Shown here piece by piece: positions 1 to 12,626 of a stretch of 64,000 nucleotides of DNA. Source of the DNA: Raja brachyura (Eukaryota); the NCBI GenBank assembly GCA_963514005.1, contig OY740794.1:14384001-14448000 (forward strand), written 5' to 3'. A program made the position numbers and the translations under genes. The number at the start of each line of letters is the position of its first letter. The first letter of the stretch is position 1. The notes under the pieces are model-generated. The model saw only the letters and a program-made list of their open reading frames with translations, had not been told where the DNA came from and made no database searches.

Positions 1-702
1 CCAATCAAGCTTGTTTCACACACTTGGCTGTGCACTGTCTCATTACATCAAAATACTTCGGTAAGTTGTGATTTGTATTGATTAAAATATAAAATGAAGC
101 TTAGTTTTGTCTGTGTGACACTTTGATGCGGTAAGACTGGCAATCAGAATAAATGTTTGAGGAATAAGTCACGGGTTTCCACAAATACTGGTTTTGGCTC
201 TTCGATGGTAATACTCTCATTTACAGACCCCTTTAACCTTGTCCCTGTTCCAGTCCCAGCTAAGTAGGGCTTTTGGTCTGCTGCCAAGTTCCAATCAATA
301 TTAAGATATCATTAAAAAAATCCTTTTTGTTCTTTCCTGAAAATGAAGTTATTTGTTTTAATTTTTTTTCTATGGCTTCCTGTGTACATGTTTTTTTGTC
401 ACACATCATGCAGCTGCGAAATTTTATTGTTTGTGGTTAAGCAAAATACTCGAACCCAATAATGTTAACACAAGCCAGGATTATTACTAATCAGGGGGGG
501 CATCACTGCAGCATTGGGCTTTCACTGGCTGACGTTTCTAGTCAAGTGCTGCAGAACAAATTGGCATAAACAAGTGGACAACAAGGTTAGGATCTCCAAG
601 AAAGGAAGCTTTCTAGATCAGAATAGTAATTTAATGTATTGCGCCAGGATTCTGTTCACTGCCTGGATCTCACTCACCAAATCATCTTACGACAGTGGCA
701 TC

Positions 703-773
703 ACATGACAGTGGTAGCACGCTACAAAAGCTGTCCACTGTACCTCGGTACACTTGACAATAAGCTAAACTCA
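703..773 (+). mobile_element. Rex1/Babar-type LINE 3' tail fragment
   Basis: AAAAGCT..CACTGTACCTCGGTACAC.TGACAATAA.CTAAAC tail, also seen at about 5740, 8610, 9630, 26050 and 60900. Confidence 0.6.
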
Positions 774-780
774 AGTGGAC

Positions 781-1078
781 TTTAGATTTAGAGATACAGC
801 GAGGAAAGAGGTCCACCAGCCCACTGAGTCCACGCCAACCAGCGATCAACCCGTACGCTGGCAATATCCTACACACCTGGGACAATTTACAATTTTACCA
901 AATCCTACAAACCTACAAACCTGTGCATCTTTGCAGTGTGGGCGGAAACAGGAGCACCCAGAGAAAATGCACACAGTCACAGGGAGAACGTCAAACTCCG
1001 TACAGACAGCACCCATAGTCAGGAGCGAACATGGATCTCCTGGGCTGTAAGGCAGCAACCCCACCGCCGTGCCACCCA
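781..1078 (-). mobile_element. HE1-like tRNA-derived V-SINE
   Basis: Reverse complement has a tRNA-like head, the V domain (GGAGTTTG.ACGTTCTCCCTGTGAC...CTCCTGTTTCC.CCCACAC) and a CR1-like tail. Confidence 0.85.
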
Positions 1079-1159
1079 ATTCTTCAAACCTATTTTTTAT
1101 TTGATGAATGAGAAATATTAAATTCGATTTAAAAATTTCTAACCAGACAAATTCCTCAA

Positions 1160-1380
1160 CATTGATTGATTGATTGATTGAAAAATAAAGCATGGAAACA
1201 GGCCCTTTGGCAACCATTGGTTACCCGTTCACACTAGTTCCATGCCACACACTTTTGCATCCACTCAACATGTGGTCACAGGGAGAACGTGCAAACTCCA
1301 CCCAGACAGCACCCAAGGTCAGGATCGAACTCAGGACTCTGGCGCTGTGAGACAACAGCTTTATTAGCTGCGCCACTGTG
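1160..1380 (-). mobile_element. HE1-like V-SINE, internally deleted, with (ATTG)n tail
   Basis: Same head and V-domain motifs as the other copies. Confidence 0.75.
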
Positions 1381-1883
1381 ACAAACGTTAACCCGTTTGT
1401 CCAAAGTGAGAGGGAAATCAAAGGGGAATGTTACCAAAACCATCAAGGAACAGGAATGATTCCTTGTCCAATTTTACACACCATTAACGTTAAAGTAGAA
1501 GGAAATTGGATAGGGTGTACAACTCACATTCCACCCAACCCAAATTGTCAGGACAACAGTACCCCTACTGGTTCTGCACATAAATAAGGCTTCTGCCTCA
1601 CTCATTGCAAAATTATAGAGGTAACACTGAGGAAATCTTTGTTCAACAGCCATCACCTTAGATTGCAACTAATTTAACTACAATATGCGATCACAAATGT
1701 TTATACTTATATGACAAATACAGCTAAAGTATTTCCCAATCTGGGCCAGATGACAATATAGTCCACAGAGACACTGTTGGCTTACAATTAACTAGACTCA
1801 CTCTTTTAGCACTCATTACCAAGCAAAGACACAACCCACCGAATGCTCCATACTGTAGTTGAGCTCATCATATCCTATCTCTT

Positions 1884-2186
1884 GCACGGTGGTGCAGTGG
1901 TAGAGGTGCTGCATGCAGCGCCAAAGACCCAGACTCAATCCTGACTATGGATGTTGTCTGTATTGAGTTTGTACATTCGCCCTGTGACCTGCGTGAGTTT
2001 TCTCCTGGAGCTCTGGCTCCCTCCTGATCGCCAAAGATGTACAGGTTTGTAGGCTAATTGGCTTGGTAAAATTATAAATTGTCCGTAGTGTGCGTAGGAT
2101 AGGGTCAGTGTGCGGGCATCATGGTGGGCGCAGATGCAGTGGGCCGAGGGGCCTGTTTCCGCGCTGTGTCTCTAAATTAAACTAAG
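1884..2186 (+). mobile_element. HE1-like V-SINE, full length
   Basis: GCACGGTGGTGCAGTGGTAGAG head, V domain, GGGCCGAGGGGCCTGTTTCC..CTGTGTCTCTAAA tail. Confidence 0.85.
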
Positions 2187-2844
2187 CTCTGAAATTCAGT
2201 CCATTATAATGTGCTAATGGATTCACCGCCTATGCTGTACTTGACTGGCCGATAGTTTTCTCTCGTACAATGTGTTTATTCATTCATTAATAAATGCGTA
2301 CACGGCATAAACTGGTTGCTGCTTTTACACAGTCAGCTCGATCAGGCTGATTCCAGCCCGACCTTTGTGGACACTGCCAATGCAGGTCCCATGGTCACAC
2401 AACATTTGTGCAGCTGTGTGGCTTCGAACACACTGCTGGCATCGGTGTGGCAACCCTCCTGTGAGCCAAAGTGGGCTGCAAGTGGTGAGTAGGCCACAGA
2501 CTGTGGGAACCAAAGCCCTGCTCATGGTCCGAGCTGATGGCCTTCTGCTCGCAGAAAGTTGAAACAAATATAAAACAAATAAAAATAAATGGATAGGTAA
2601 CTCATGCCAACTGTGTAATTGAAGGTTGGCAAGCACATCCAAGTCAGTTGGCTATGTTGGTGTGAGGCTAAACCACCGGGCATAAAGTGCAGCCAACCCT
2701 TCGGCTTAGCAACGTATTTACTGCTTCTAGAATCATTAATGATGCCGGTGATAGAGTGAGTGAGGGGTTAGATAAAAATCTAACTGACTTCCTAGGCTGT
2801 CCAGGATGCTATGTCACAGTGCAGCAGCTTTCATTGGTCCCACC

Positions 2845-3133
2845 CCCTCGTTATCACCCCTTCCACAGCCAACAATGGATCATTGTGGGCTCCACCTTTC
2901 CTTGATCATCCATGGTGGCCTTGATTTGTTCTTTTCATACCTTTCACTTTTGTTCTTTGTACCTTTTCATGGCTCTAGTCTCCCGCACCCCTGGCTCTCA
3001 GTCGCAAGAAGGGTCTCGACCCGAACCATCACCCATTCATTTTCTCTAGTGATGCCGCCTGACCCGCTGAGTTACTCCAGCATTCTGTGCCTATCTTTGG
3101 CGTAAACCAGAATCTGCAGTTCCTTTCCATACA
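2845..3133 (+). mobile_element. Penelope-like element 3' UTR / terminus
   Basis: Matches the sequence following the GIY-YIG remnant at 47790-48030 (CCAACAATG..CCATTGTGGGCTCCACCTTTCCTTGATC...GAGTTACTCCAGCA). Confidence 0.75.
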
Positions 3134-3327
3134 GGTTGTAGTTCTGTGTGGAAACCCAAGCTAACTCTCAGTGTGTTCTGCCCATTCCATCCACCCAGAG
3201 GCACATCTCTGACAAACACTCACTTTCCTGCACATTGCTCTGTTCTCCTCTCCATTACAAGAATATTTTTCTTACATATCTGACCTGCTGACACCATCAT
3301 TCTTCCACTTGCTTCTATACATTTGTT

Positions 3328-3598
3328 ATACATAGAACATAGAACAGCTCAGCCCTTTGGCCCACAATGTTTGTGTCAAAACATGCTGCCAAGTCTAACT
3401 GATCTCATCTGCCTGGACGTGATCCATATCCCTCTATTCCTCGTACTTTCATTGCCTCCATTCCCTGCATATCCACGTTCCTATCTAAAAGCCTCTCAAA
3501 AGCCATTATGATACCCGCCTCCACCGGCCAACGTGCCCCATCTACACTAGTCCCACCTGCCTGCATTTGACCCATATTCCTCTGAAACTGTCCCATCC
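3328..3598 (-). mobile_element. CR1-type LINE 3' tail fragments
   Basis: (CATAGAA)n terminus, GCCCTTTGGCCCACAATG motif. Confidence 0.6.
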
Positions 3599-4078
3599 TT
3601 GGAGCAGTTGAAATATTTCTTAAAAGTTTTGTGATCTACATAGCAAACCATTACAACATACCAATAATATTCACTCATTCTGGAAATAATCTCCAAATCA
3701 TAATTGCCTCTTTTCATCAAATGATAACATTTGAGCTGGAGTGGTGGTTTTCCCATTGTATCAACACATAACTACAATTGTCACAGGCCTCATCTATGAA
3801 CACAATATAGGTTGTATTTTAGAACTAGCATTAATTGCAACCGGTTTTAGGATTTTCCTATATTATAGATCACTAAACATGCCAACGGTTTCCTCCCACT
3901 CTAAGAAATCCCTTTGTGGTAGGGGAAACATTTTAAGGTCAAGAGAATCACTGTTTAAAAATATTTGATAACAATAGCAGAAAAAGCATTAGCCATCAGT
4001 CAGTAGGTCAGCAGTATAATGACTGTTTTCCACAAGAATAGGCTATTTAGATAACTATTACATAAAAAAACTATTTGA

Positions 4079-4385
4079 GGGTGGCACAGTGGTGTAGGGG
4101 AAGAGCTACTGCATTACAGCGCCAGAGACCCTGGTTCGATCCTGACTACGGGTGCTTGTCTGTACGGAGTTTGTACGTTCTCCCCGTGACCTGTGTGGAT
4201 TCTCTCCAAGATCTTCGGTTTCCTCCCACACTCCAAAGATGTACAGGTTTGTAGGTCAATCGGCTTGGTATAAATCTAAAATTGTCCCGTGCGTGTGTGG
4301 AGTAGTGTTAATGTGCGGGGATCGCTGGTCGGTGCGGACTCGGTGGGCCTGATTTTGCGCTGTATCTCTAAAACTAAACTAAACT
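4079..4385 (+). mobile_element. HE1-like V-SINE, full length
   Basis: Pol III A box TGGTGTAGGGG, B box GGTTCGATCC, V domain, (AAACT)n tail. Confidence 0.9.
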
Positions 4386-4542
4386 TAACAATGCTGACTT
4401 GGCCAATTCAACACACTGCATAACAACATAAATGTGTGTGTGTAGATCATACATGCAGCAAAATACAAATGAATGTGCCCAGATTTTTGTACAACAAGTG
4501 AATTATGAGACATAGGGAAATGTAAGAAGGCGAATGATATTT

Positions 4543-4781
4543 GGACACAAAGTGCTGGAGTAACTCAGCGGGTCAGGCAGCATCTCTGGAGAACATGGAT
4601 ACGTGAAGTTTCTGGCCAGGACCCCTTCTTCAGACCGTATGTAATGTGCAGTCTGAAAAAGGGTCCCACCCTGAAACGTCACCTATCCGTGTTCTCCAGA
4701 GATGATGCCTGACCGGCTGAGTTACTCCAGCACTTTGTGTCCTTTTGTGTAAACCAGCATCTGCAGTTCCTTGTTTCTACT
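4543..4781. mobile_element. Palindromic (head-to-head) Penelope-like terminus pair
   Basis: About 92-bp inverted arms GGACACAAAGTGCTGGAGTAACTCAGC...CTTCAGAC / GTCTGAA...GCTGAGTTACTCCAGCACTTTGTGTCC. Confidence 0.85.
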
Positions 4782-4902
4782 TAATGATGTTTGGGTTTGA
4801 GCGTGATCTTATTGAATGGCCGACCAAGGTCAAAAGGCGTGACTGTTTGTACTGCTTTTATTTTTATATGTACACAAGGCTCAGATAGATAAACAGGTAT
4901 AT

Positions 4903-5112
4903 AGAGTCATACAGTTATACTGTCATACAGTGTGGAAACAGGCCCTCCGGCCCAACTTGCCCACACCGACTAACATGTCCCATCTACTCTAGTTCCACTT
5001 GGCTACATTCGCCCCATATCCCTCTAAACCTGTCCTATCCATGTACCTTGTCCCATTGCTTCTTAAACATTGCGATATTCCCAGCCTCAACTACCTCTTC
5101 CAGCAGCTCGAT
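4903..5112 (-). mobile_element. CR1-type LINE 3' tail
   Basis: GTGGAAACAGGCCCT.CGGCCC terminus shared with the SINE tail, CCCCATATCCCTCTAAACC. Confidence 0.7.
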
Positions 5113-5932
5113 GTACACTTTATGTACACACACTAAGGTCCAAGCACACTAAAAAGGTGTCCAATAATTTCAACTTAACCTGCTCTGCCTGATCGGACAA
5201 CTTGGCATTTACTGAGCTCCTTAATTCTAACTGAAATTGTTATGACCAACGAATTGGAATTGTTAAATCAAATTATGAATCCCAAAGGATAAGGGCAGCA
5301 GGACTTAGCATGTGGTAAAAAGTGGGGCCACCTAACTGGAGAGGCCAACAGCACAGCTGTGTGTTACAGTAGCGGCCATATTCTATATAGCTGCTTTGGT
5401 ACTTGGGAGCTATCTTCCTGTCAATTAACACGAAGAGGTGCACAGCCAATTCTGTCAGCCAGCTGTCTAATGCTTTCAGATTGAGCCACAGAGCGGCAGT
5501 GGGAAATGCTACCTAAACATTATGTTACTGTGTAATGTTGTCAGCCTGTTACATTACGGCTGTTGTGACAAGAGATCATGTTGCTGTAGGTGCAATTAGA
5601 CCATTAATAGGTAGTAAGATGGCTTAAGAAAGGAACCTAACCCTCTTGGTTGTGCATTCAACTTGCTACCCTGGGCCTTAGAGTGTTACCGACATTCGCC
5701 ATTGCCTCGGAGTCTGCAGAACTGAATAGAAATCTCACTTCAGTTCAGTTTATTGTCACGTGTACCGAGGTACAGTGAAAAGCTTTTGTTGCGTGCTATC
5801 TGGTCAGCGGAAAGACAAATGTCTGAGACAAAGTCACAAAAGCCAAAGAGAAAAATCAGAAAGGTAATTTAAAAGTTTGTAGTTGGGTAGGAAGCTCCCA
5901 GAGGAAACCTACATGTTGGTTTACATTAAAGC

Positions 5933-6025
5933 TAGATGCAAAATGCTGGAGTAACTCAGCTGGTCAGGCAGCATCTCTGGAGAGAAGGAACAGGTGACGT
6001 TTCGGGTTGAGGCTCTTCTTCAGAT
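5933..6025 (-). mobile_element. Penelope-like terminus with intact minimal hammerhead core
   Basis: Minus strand CTGAAGA-AGAGCCTCAACCC-GAAAC-GTC at 6023-5996. Confidence 0.75.
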
Positions 6026-7149
6026 AAAGAGTCTTCAGAATGGGAATTAAAAAGCTTTCTGACCACCTTTGACGACTGGTTTGCTCGGAATAGAGAATAG
6101 GGAAAGTCTATTTCTTTGATGGATGCTGACAAGATAATATGTCTATTATCAGGGATATGTCTAACAAAGTTAGTGAATCCTGCAGCAGTGGAAAGATCAA
6201 CATTCTCTAGAACATTACACGTGGGCAAGTTCTCTGGTCTTACCTCCATATTGGTACATCGAGTGAGGGTCAATGTTGCACTCAATCTTTAAAAAGGCAA
6301 AAAGTTCATGAAAACAAAGTTCTTTTGCTCGCCTTTTATTTGTTTCTTTACATGGCGTGATAGTATTATCACCACAGAATCTTCCCGCACACAATTAAGG
6401 TTAGAACTTGAAGGTGTCTGATTCAGTTCCTCTTCTTTCTCAAGGTATTGAAAGAGGTTGATGAGCATATTTGCAAGGTAATTAGGGTCTGGTGGCTTTT
6501 GCCTGCTTTTGGTTTCATCACAGAGCAGTAAATAAACCCAGAGAAGCGGGAGCCATTCTCTGCTCACTGCAATTACTGATATTAGCATCATAACCGTTAA
6601 TAACAATCTGGTGTAGCATGAAGAAATACATGTTCTATTCCACAGTGTATTACAATTTGCAGATCCTTCTGGAAACTTTCAACACCACCATCACAGTCAT
6701 TACCTCAGGGCTTCAAGGGACTCCCAGCCATAAATGAAAGCAATGGCATATTTTAATTTCTTCGCATACATTTATCTTTCTCATTCATTTTTATTTGTCT
6801 TAAGTCTTCTGTTTTTTCAGAGCACTCTCCTAGCCCTCTGCTTTATTCCAGTTTCTTCACTCCCCCCCCCCCCCCCCCCACCCACCCCCAAGACCCAAGA
6901 ATGCAATTGCCTAGCAACTAGATTGTGTGGCAGCCATGTTTTAGATGGCTTGATCCAGTTTTGATGTTAGCTGGAATTGATGATAATGGAGATTTTTCTT
7001 GGTGACATTGAACGGATTTCTATGCATCAACATTGGCATGCCATGTCTGGCACAAACGGAACTAACGCAGTGAGTGTTTTCAGTTAATCTAATGCAGAGC
7101 GGAGGTCTACACTGCTGGTGTTACTTGATTGCGGTTTTTGCTATTTATC

Positions 7150-7357
7150 GATTGATTGATTGAAAGATACAACAAGGAAGCAGGCCCTTCAGCCCACTGA
7201 GTTCACACCAACCATTGATCACTGGTTCTATATAATGCCACTTTCACATCCACTAGGTGCAATTTATAGAGGCCAATTAACCTACAAAACTGCGCATCGT
7301 TTGGATGCGGGCGGGGGATCCGGAGCTCCCAGAGGAAACCTACATGGCCACAGGGAC
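7150..7357 (-). mobile_element. HE1-like V-SINE, 5' truncated
   Basis: Tail and V-domain motifs. Confidence 0.75.
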
Positions 7358-8436
7358 ATTGTTGAGTGTTAAGGGAAAATAAAATGAAATTTGTGCAACT
7401 GGGTGTTAACTGGATGGTATGGACTCCAGGAGTCGAAGGGTCTGTTTCCATGATGTCTGTCTTGAGGCATGTCCTTGCGTAACTGCACTATTATTGGCGA
7501 GATTTGTCACTTTTTTCAGTGAACTCTATCGTAAGAAGTAAAAGACATCGGCTGATCAGAAAATATGATCTGTACCTTACAGAGCTTCTCATTACTCGTG
7601 CAAAAAGAGAAAAAAATTAAGGATTAGAATAGGAGCAAAGAGGAATTTTCAAAATGATTGACATTCAGGGAATACAATGTGTTTCCCTGAAAATCCTCAC
7701 ACGCTGGAATTAAAAATACGTTTCCAACTGGGTATAGTGCCTCAGGAGTGTAAAGAATGCTTCCACTCCACATACTCCTCACAGGACCAACTGAGCATTA
7801 TTCAACTCCTTGTGTCATCTGTCCTTTGGTTTCTTTGATGAATGCATTGAAGACCACATTCCTTGAAAACCAGTTGGTGGCACATTGTGTCCCAAGGAGA
7901 AACCACATTGATGGAATAGGTGTCAACTGCCATAGCTTTGGCTAAATAGAAGAGATGCACTCTTTAGTCGCAGTTATTCTGCAGTAAAATAAATGTATAA
8001 TTTAGCGTGGGACACATTCATTTAGAATGTTCCGTTTCACTCTTATGTCATAAGGAGATTAAAAACACATGTTTGCTGATCTGGGTAACTAATACACAAG
8101 ATTTAGTAGCCTGTAGAATGTTCTTAAAGCCTAGTCCACTCCTCAGCGTTTTCGTAACATCTGTTTTATGTGTTCATGTTGTTCACCTCACTCATTAGTC
8201 GTACCCTCGTCCCAGTCCGGAAGTTAAGGGTCCAAGTCCTAATCGAGAATGTTTGTTTGGTTGACAGTGCTAAACAAGTGCTGCACAGGCTTGGGATCTG
8301 TGTTTCAGATGTGATATTAAACTGAAGTCTTTTCTTCATCCTCAAGTGAATTCAGGCGTTTGAAGTCACAGGTTGGAAGAGTGCTTGGTAGAAAACATTT
8401 ACCATGACATGGCAAGATAACTTACCTATAACATGA

Positions 8437-8665
8437 GCCATCCCACCAACATCTAGAGAACTGTCCTGAACTACTATCTACCTCAATGGAGCCCCTCTGA
8501 TTTTCTTTAATTGGGCTTTACTGGACTTTATCATGTATTTGTACACTTGGGATGGCTCGATTGTAACCATGTTTTGTCTTTCCGTTGGCTGGTTAGAAAA
8601 CAACAAAAGCTTTTCACTGTACCTCAGTACACGTGACAATAAACTAATCTAAACAAACTAAACTC
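8437..8665 (+). mobile_element. Rex1/Babar-type LINE 3' UTR
   Basis: GTCCTGAACTACTATCTACCTC...AAAAGCTTTTCACTGTACCTCAGTACACGTGACAATAAACTAA. Confidence 0.7.
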
Positions 8666-9624
8666 ATCCTTAAGCAACACCAACAATAACAGAGTAGTCA
8701 TTTCTTTATCTGCCTGGCTGGCTAATTGTAGGTTCAATATGTGTGCAAAGCGACCAGTGTGTCTTCCAACATAATTATAAAATGAAAATCTAAAATAAAA
8801 CGTGATTTTATCATAGCAAGTAAGTAGAACTGAAATCATTTAATCAGTAACCAGGGAACATAGATTAAAGATATTTGGCAGAAGAATCAGAAGGAAAACG
8901 AGGAGAAATCTTTTGAGAAGGGATGATGGTTGCAGGTATAAAAGTGTTCCAAAAAGAAACCAAAATTGAATTGGGATTTTTTAGTTTTGCAAGATTTATT
9001 TTCTACCAAATTGGGATTGCATAACTAACTGGACTACTGAGCGTTAATTCTCCGCTGCTCTGAAGGAACAGTGAAACAAGTAAAGTCAATGTCAATCCCA
9101 AGGCTGTTGACATACCTTCAACATATAAACATAATTGATGTCAAATCAGCCTTATTGCAATCTGCAGAAAGACAGTGAGGTACAGGTACAATGAGAAATC
9201 TTGCTTGCAGCAGCATCCAAGGCACATAGGCAACACACTAAACTATAAAGTACAACTTACCCATAAATATCAGACAGTAAAAAAAAATGTGCAAAGGAAA
9301 CAAGGAATTCATATAAATACAATTCTCAGGTATCATGAGCTTTGGCATTATTCTCCTTTCCTTAAAGCCAGCTGCACTTGCCATTCCTATGCAGGCTCCA
9401 TTCCAGGTACTGACCAAGCCTAAACCTGTTTAGCTTCTGAGAACAATCAGGATCACCCATTTCCAGACTAGTACCAACAGACCAGAGTAAACAGCTAGGG
9501 TGAAACCACTTGCATACCTATACCATGTTTCACATCCTTAGGATGTTCAAAAATACTGCACAGTAAATGAGTAACATTTTGAAGTGTGGTCACTAATGAT
9601 ACTTTAACCAAATATTTGCGTTTA

Positions 9625-10080
9625 GAATAGTTTATTGTAACGTATACATTGAAATGCTTTTGTTGCATGATAACCGGTCAGCGGAAAGACAATACATGAT
9701 TACAATCGAACCATCCACAGTGAACAGGTATATGATGAAGGGAATAACATGAATAACGTTTAGTGCGGGTTAAAGCCAGTAAAGTCTGATCAATTATAGT
9801 CCGAGTTGCATTTTTTTATTTTCATGGAATAAAAAAATGATTTTGTTTGTTCAGGACTAGAGCATATAAGAAAGGGACATGGATGAATAGAACCTACAGG
9901 GACAAGGGCTCGCTGCTATGCTCTGTGTAATTATTTTGTGGATGAAAGGAGTCTCGTGTAGGACTCAACTGTTGATGGGAACTGTCTGAGGACATCCAAT
10001 AAGGTAGATAGTAGTTCAGGACTGCTCTCTAGTTGTTGGTAGGATGGTTCAATTGCCTGATAACAACTGGGAAGAAAATG
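9625..10080 (-). mobile_element. Rex1/Babar-type LINE 3' end, interrupted by a 178-bp insert
   Basis: Reverse complement encodes the ORF end FFPVVIRQLN, followed by the same 3' UTR as 8437-8665. Confidence 0.7.
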
Positions 10081-11779
10081 CAGCGGCCAGTTTGAGATGA
10101 GAAGTTGATGTGAAAGTATGGAGTAGCACTGGAAAGTTTAGCATCTCAAATCCAAAGCACTATTGAACTCTTTTAGGGTGAATTATTCCAGTTGTGGGCC
10201 TGCATTTTTTGTTGTTTGTACAATAATTTGTAACAGTGACCTAAAGCCCAGCGCGAATGCATTCCCAAGATCTCCTCTCATCTCCCAGCAGTAATTACAT
10301 CTCATTAATGCTATCGTGAAAACCTTCACAATTTTCCCACATTCTTGCCTTGCAAAGGTTAGTTCACCAACGGTAATAGTTCAAAGCATTTTAGTAAATA
10401 TCCTAATTGCTGCTTCGGATCGACTAATTTTGTAAAGTTGGAGGGCCTTGGCAAGATCATGCTTCAATCCATTAAAAAAATGCCAAGTCCTTTTACAGTT
10501 CAGAAAGAGTTCAATCCTGAGAAAGGCCCATTTGTGGACTTAGGAACACTTAAATAATTGTATAATTTTAATAATCATTTAATTTTGCTGCCATGTAATC
10601 AAGCCAGCAGTTAGTGTAACTTCCTGCATGTAATTTCTAACCAATGAGCCTGAATGGATGTATTTTGTGCTGGGCAGCAGAAAGCTGCAAAATATATTGA
10701 CTTTTTCCTTCCTCCCTTCTTTAAAGATCACTTGGTAATTTTTTTAACTTCCAACAGGTTTATTTCCATGTTAATACTCAGTCATCCTGCACTCAGCAGT
10801 CTGCTGCTTGGCACATGCTTCCAGAAGCGTTTGCTATCACTGGGCACAGCGAGACCCTAGCTGCCGTTGAGTTCCTTCACAGCAAATTCACAAGATTCCT
10901 CTTTTATTGAAGTGGTATGTACAAAGCAGGGCCTGAAAAATCTCTTGCCAAAGCATCCAGTCAACTTTCCAAACATCCTGTTTTTACTACATTAGGTTGA
11001 TTATTATGCAGCTTTCAAGCTTATTTATCACAAGGCTAGGTAGCATCGAGGGAATCCCTCAAAGCATTTGCTTGGTCAACTGACTATATGCTTGTGTGTG
11101 TATACTTCTGTTAGACTCAAAGCACTGAATGGTTGGGTCTCGAAAGAATCTGCTCTCTTTTACAGAATTCTGCCTTTAAGAAGCAAAGTCCGTTTGGAGA
11201 TAAGGATTAATTTACTTAGTTTGACTGTAGTTCTGGTTATAAGCCTCAGAGGAGATATCTTTGATGTAAAGGAATATTTCCCTTCACATTTTCAAAAATT
11301 ATAATTTGATTAATAATCCAGTGCGGATAGTCCACATCTTCAGATTTTTGTCAAATCTCACAGGCTTCCTTATCCTTCATGACTTAAGCAGAGTAAGGAC
11401 TGTGCACAATGATATAGAATCAAAGGATTGTTGCAGCATCTACAAACCATTTGGCCCATCAGATTATGCAAGAAAAGGCAGCGTTAAAGATTACAGAACC
11501 AAGTGTTCTTTGATTCTTAGTCTTACATCCATTAATCTGAATTATTTTAGTTTGTCAAGGGAAGAGTATTAAACTCATTATCAACTGTAAACGCAAAGAC
11601 TTTCAAAGCGGAAGTAGTTTACAATACATATGCACATGTTCATAGGTTCTTAGAGCTGGAAGATTATTTCCTCAAATTTACCAAGTTTAACTTTGGATTT
11701 TAAGTGCCATTATTTATTAGTTCCATGCCCATCACATATTTATTATACTATGCCTGTCTCATTTGTGGGAAGTAGCAAC

Positions 11780-12220
11780 CATGGAGTCAAGCAAAACGGA
11801 AACAAGCCACTTGGCTCACCAAATATAAAGAAGGATCACGACCTGAAATGTCGCCCACTCCTTCTCTCCAGAGATGCTGTCTGTCCCACTGAGTTACTCC
11901 AGTATTTTGTATCTAAATACATGTCAACCATGCATCAAGCACCCATTTGCTCTAATCAATATATAATCACCACCTTTTAATCAACTTTCCCCCTCATCAG
12001 TATCTACAGCTCACTATTTTAGGCGCAACTAACAAGTAACCAATTAACCAACCAACCTGCAAATCTCTGGGATGCAGGAGGAAATCGGAGCACCAGGAGA
12101 AAGCACACACGGTCACAAGGAGAATGTGCAAGCACCACACAGACAGCAGCAGACGTTGGGGCTGAACCTAGATCACTGGAGCGATGAGGCTGCGGCTCTA
12201 CTAGCTGTGATACTGTCCCA
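11780..12220 (-). mobile_element. Older V-SINE interrupted by a Penelope-like terminus (about 11825-11915)
   Basis: SINE tail at 11780-11820, V domain and head at 12040-12220. CTCCAGAGATGCTG...GAGTTACTCCAG lies in between. Confidence 0.7.
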
Positions 12221-12278
12221 TTCCAGGCCTGGAACTATGCAGAATGTCTTAACTGAAGAAAGAGTTTCCACAGGAACA

Positions 12279-12573
12279 GGGGTGGCACAGTGGCTGAGCT
12301 GCCGCCTCACAGCACAAGTGGCCTGGGTTCAATCCAGACTACGGGTGCTCTCTGTGTGGAGTGTGCTCGTTCTCCCTGTGACCACATGGGATTTCTCTGA
12401 TGCTCCGCTTTCCTCCCATACTCCAAAGACATGCAAGTTTGTAGGTTGATTGGCTTCTGTAAATTGTCCTAAATGTGTAGGATTTAACGTGCGCAGGGAT
12501 CACTGGTCAGTGACAACTCGGTGGACCAAGGAGCCTGTTTCCGCACTGTATCTCTAAACTAAACTAAACTAAA
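12279..12573 (+). mobile_element. HE1-like V-SINE, full length
   Basis: A and B boxes, V domain, (AAACT)n tail. Confidence 0.88.
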
Positions 12574-12626
12574 GGAACTACTTGAAATACATCACTCCCA
12601 AGACTACCTGACAGCCCAGTGGCATC

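Noticed and set aside
4079-4150. tRNA-like A/B boxes
   Set aside because: They are SINE heads followed by a V domain and LINE tail, not tRNA genes
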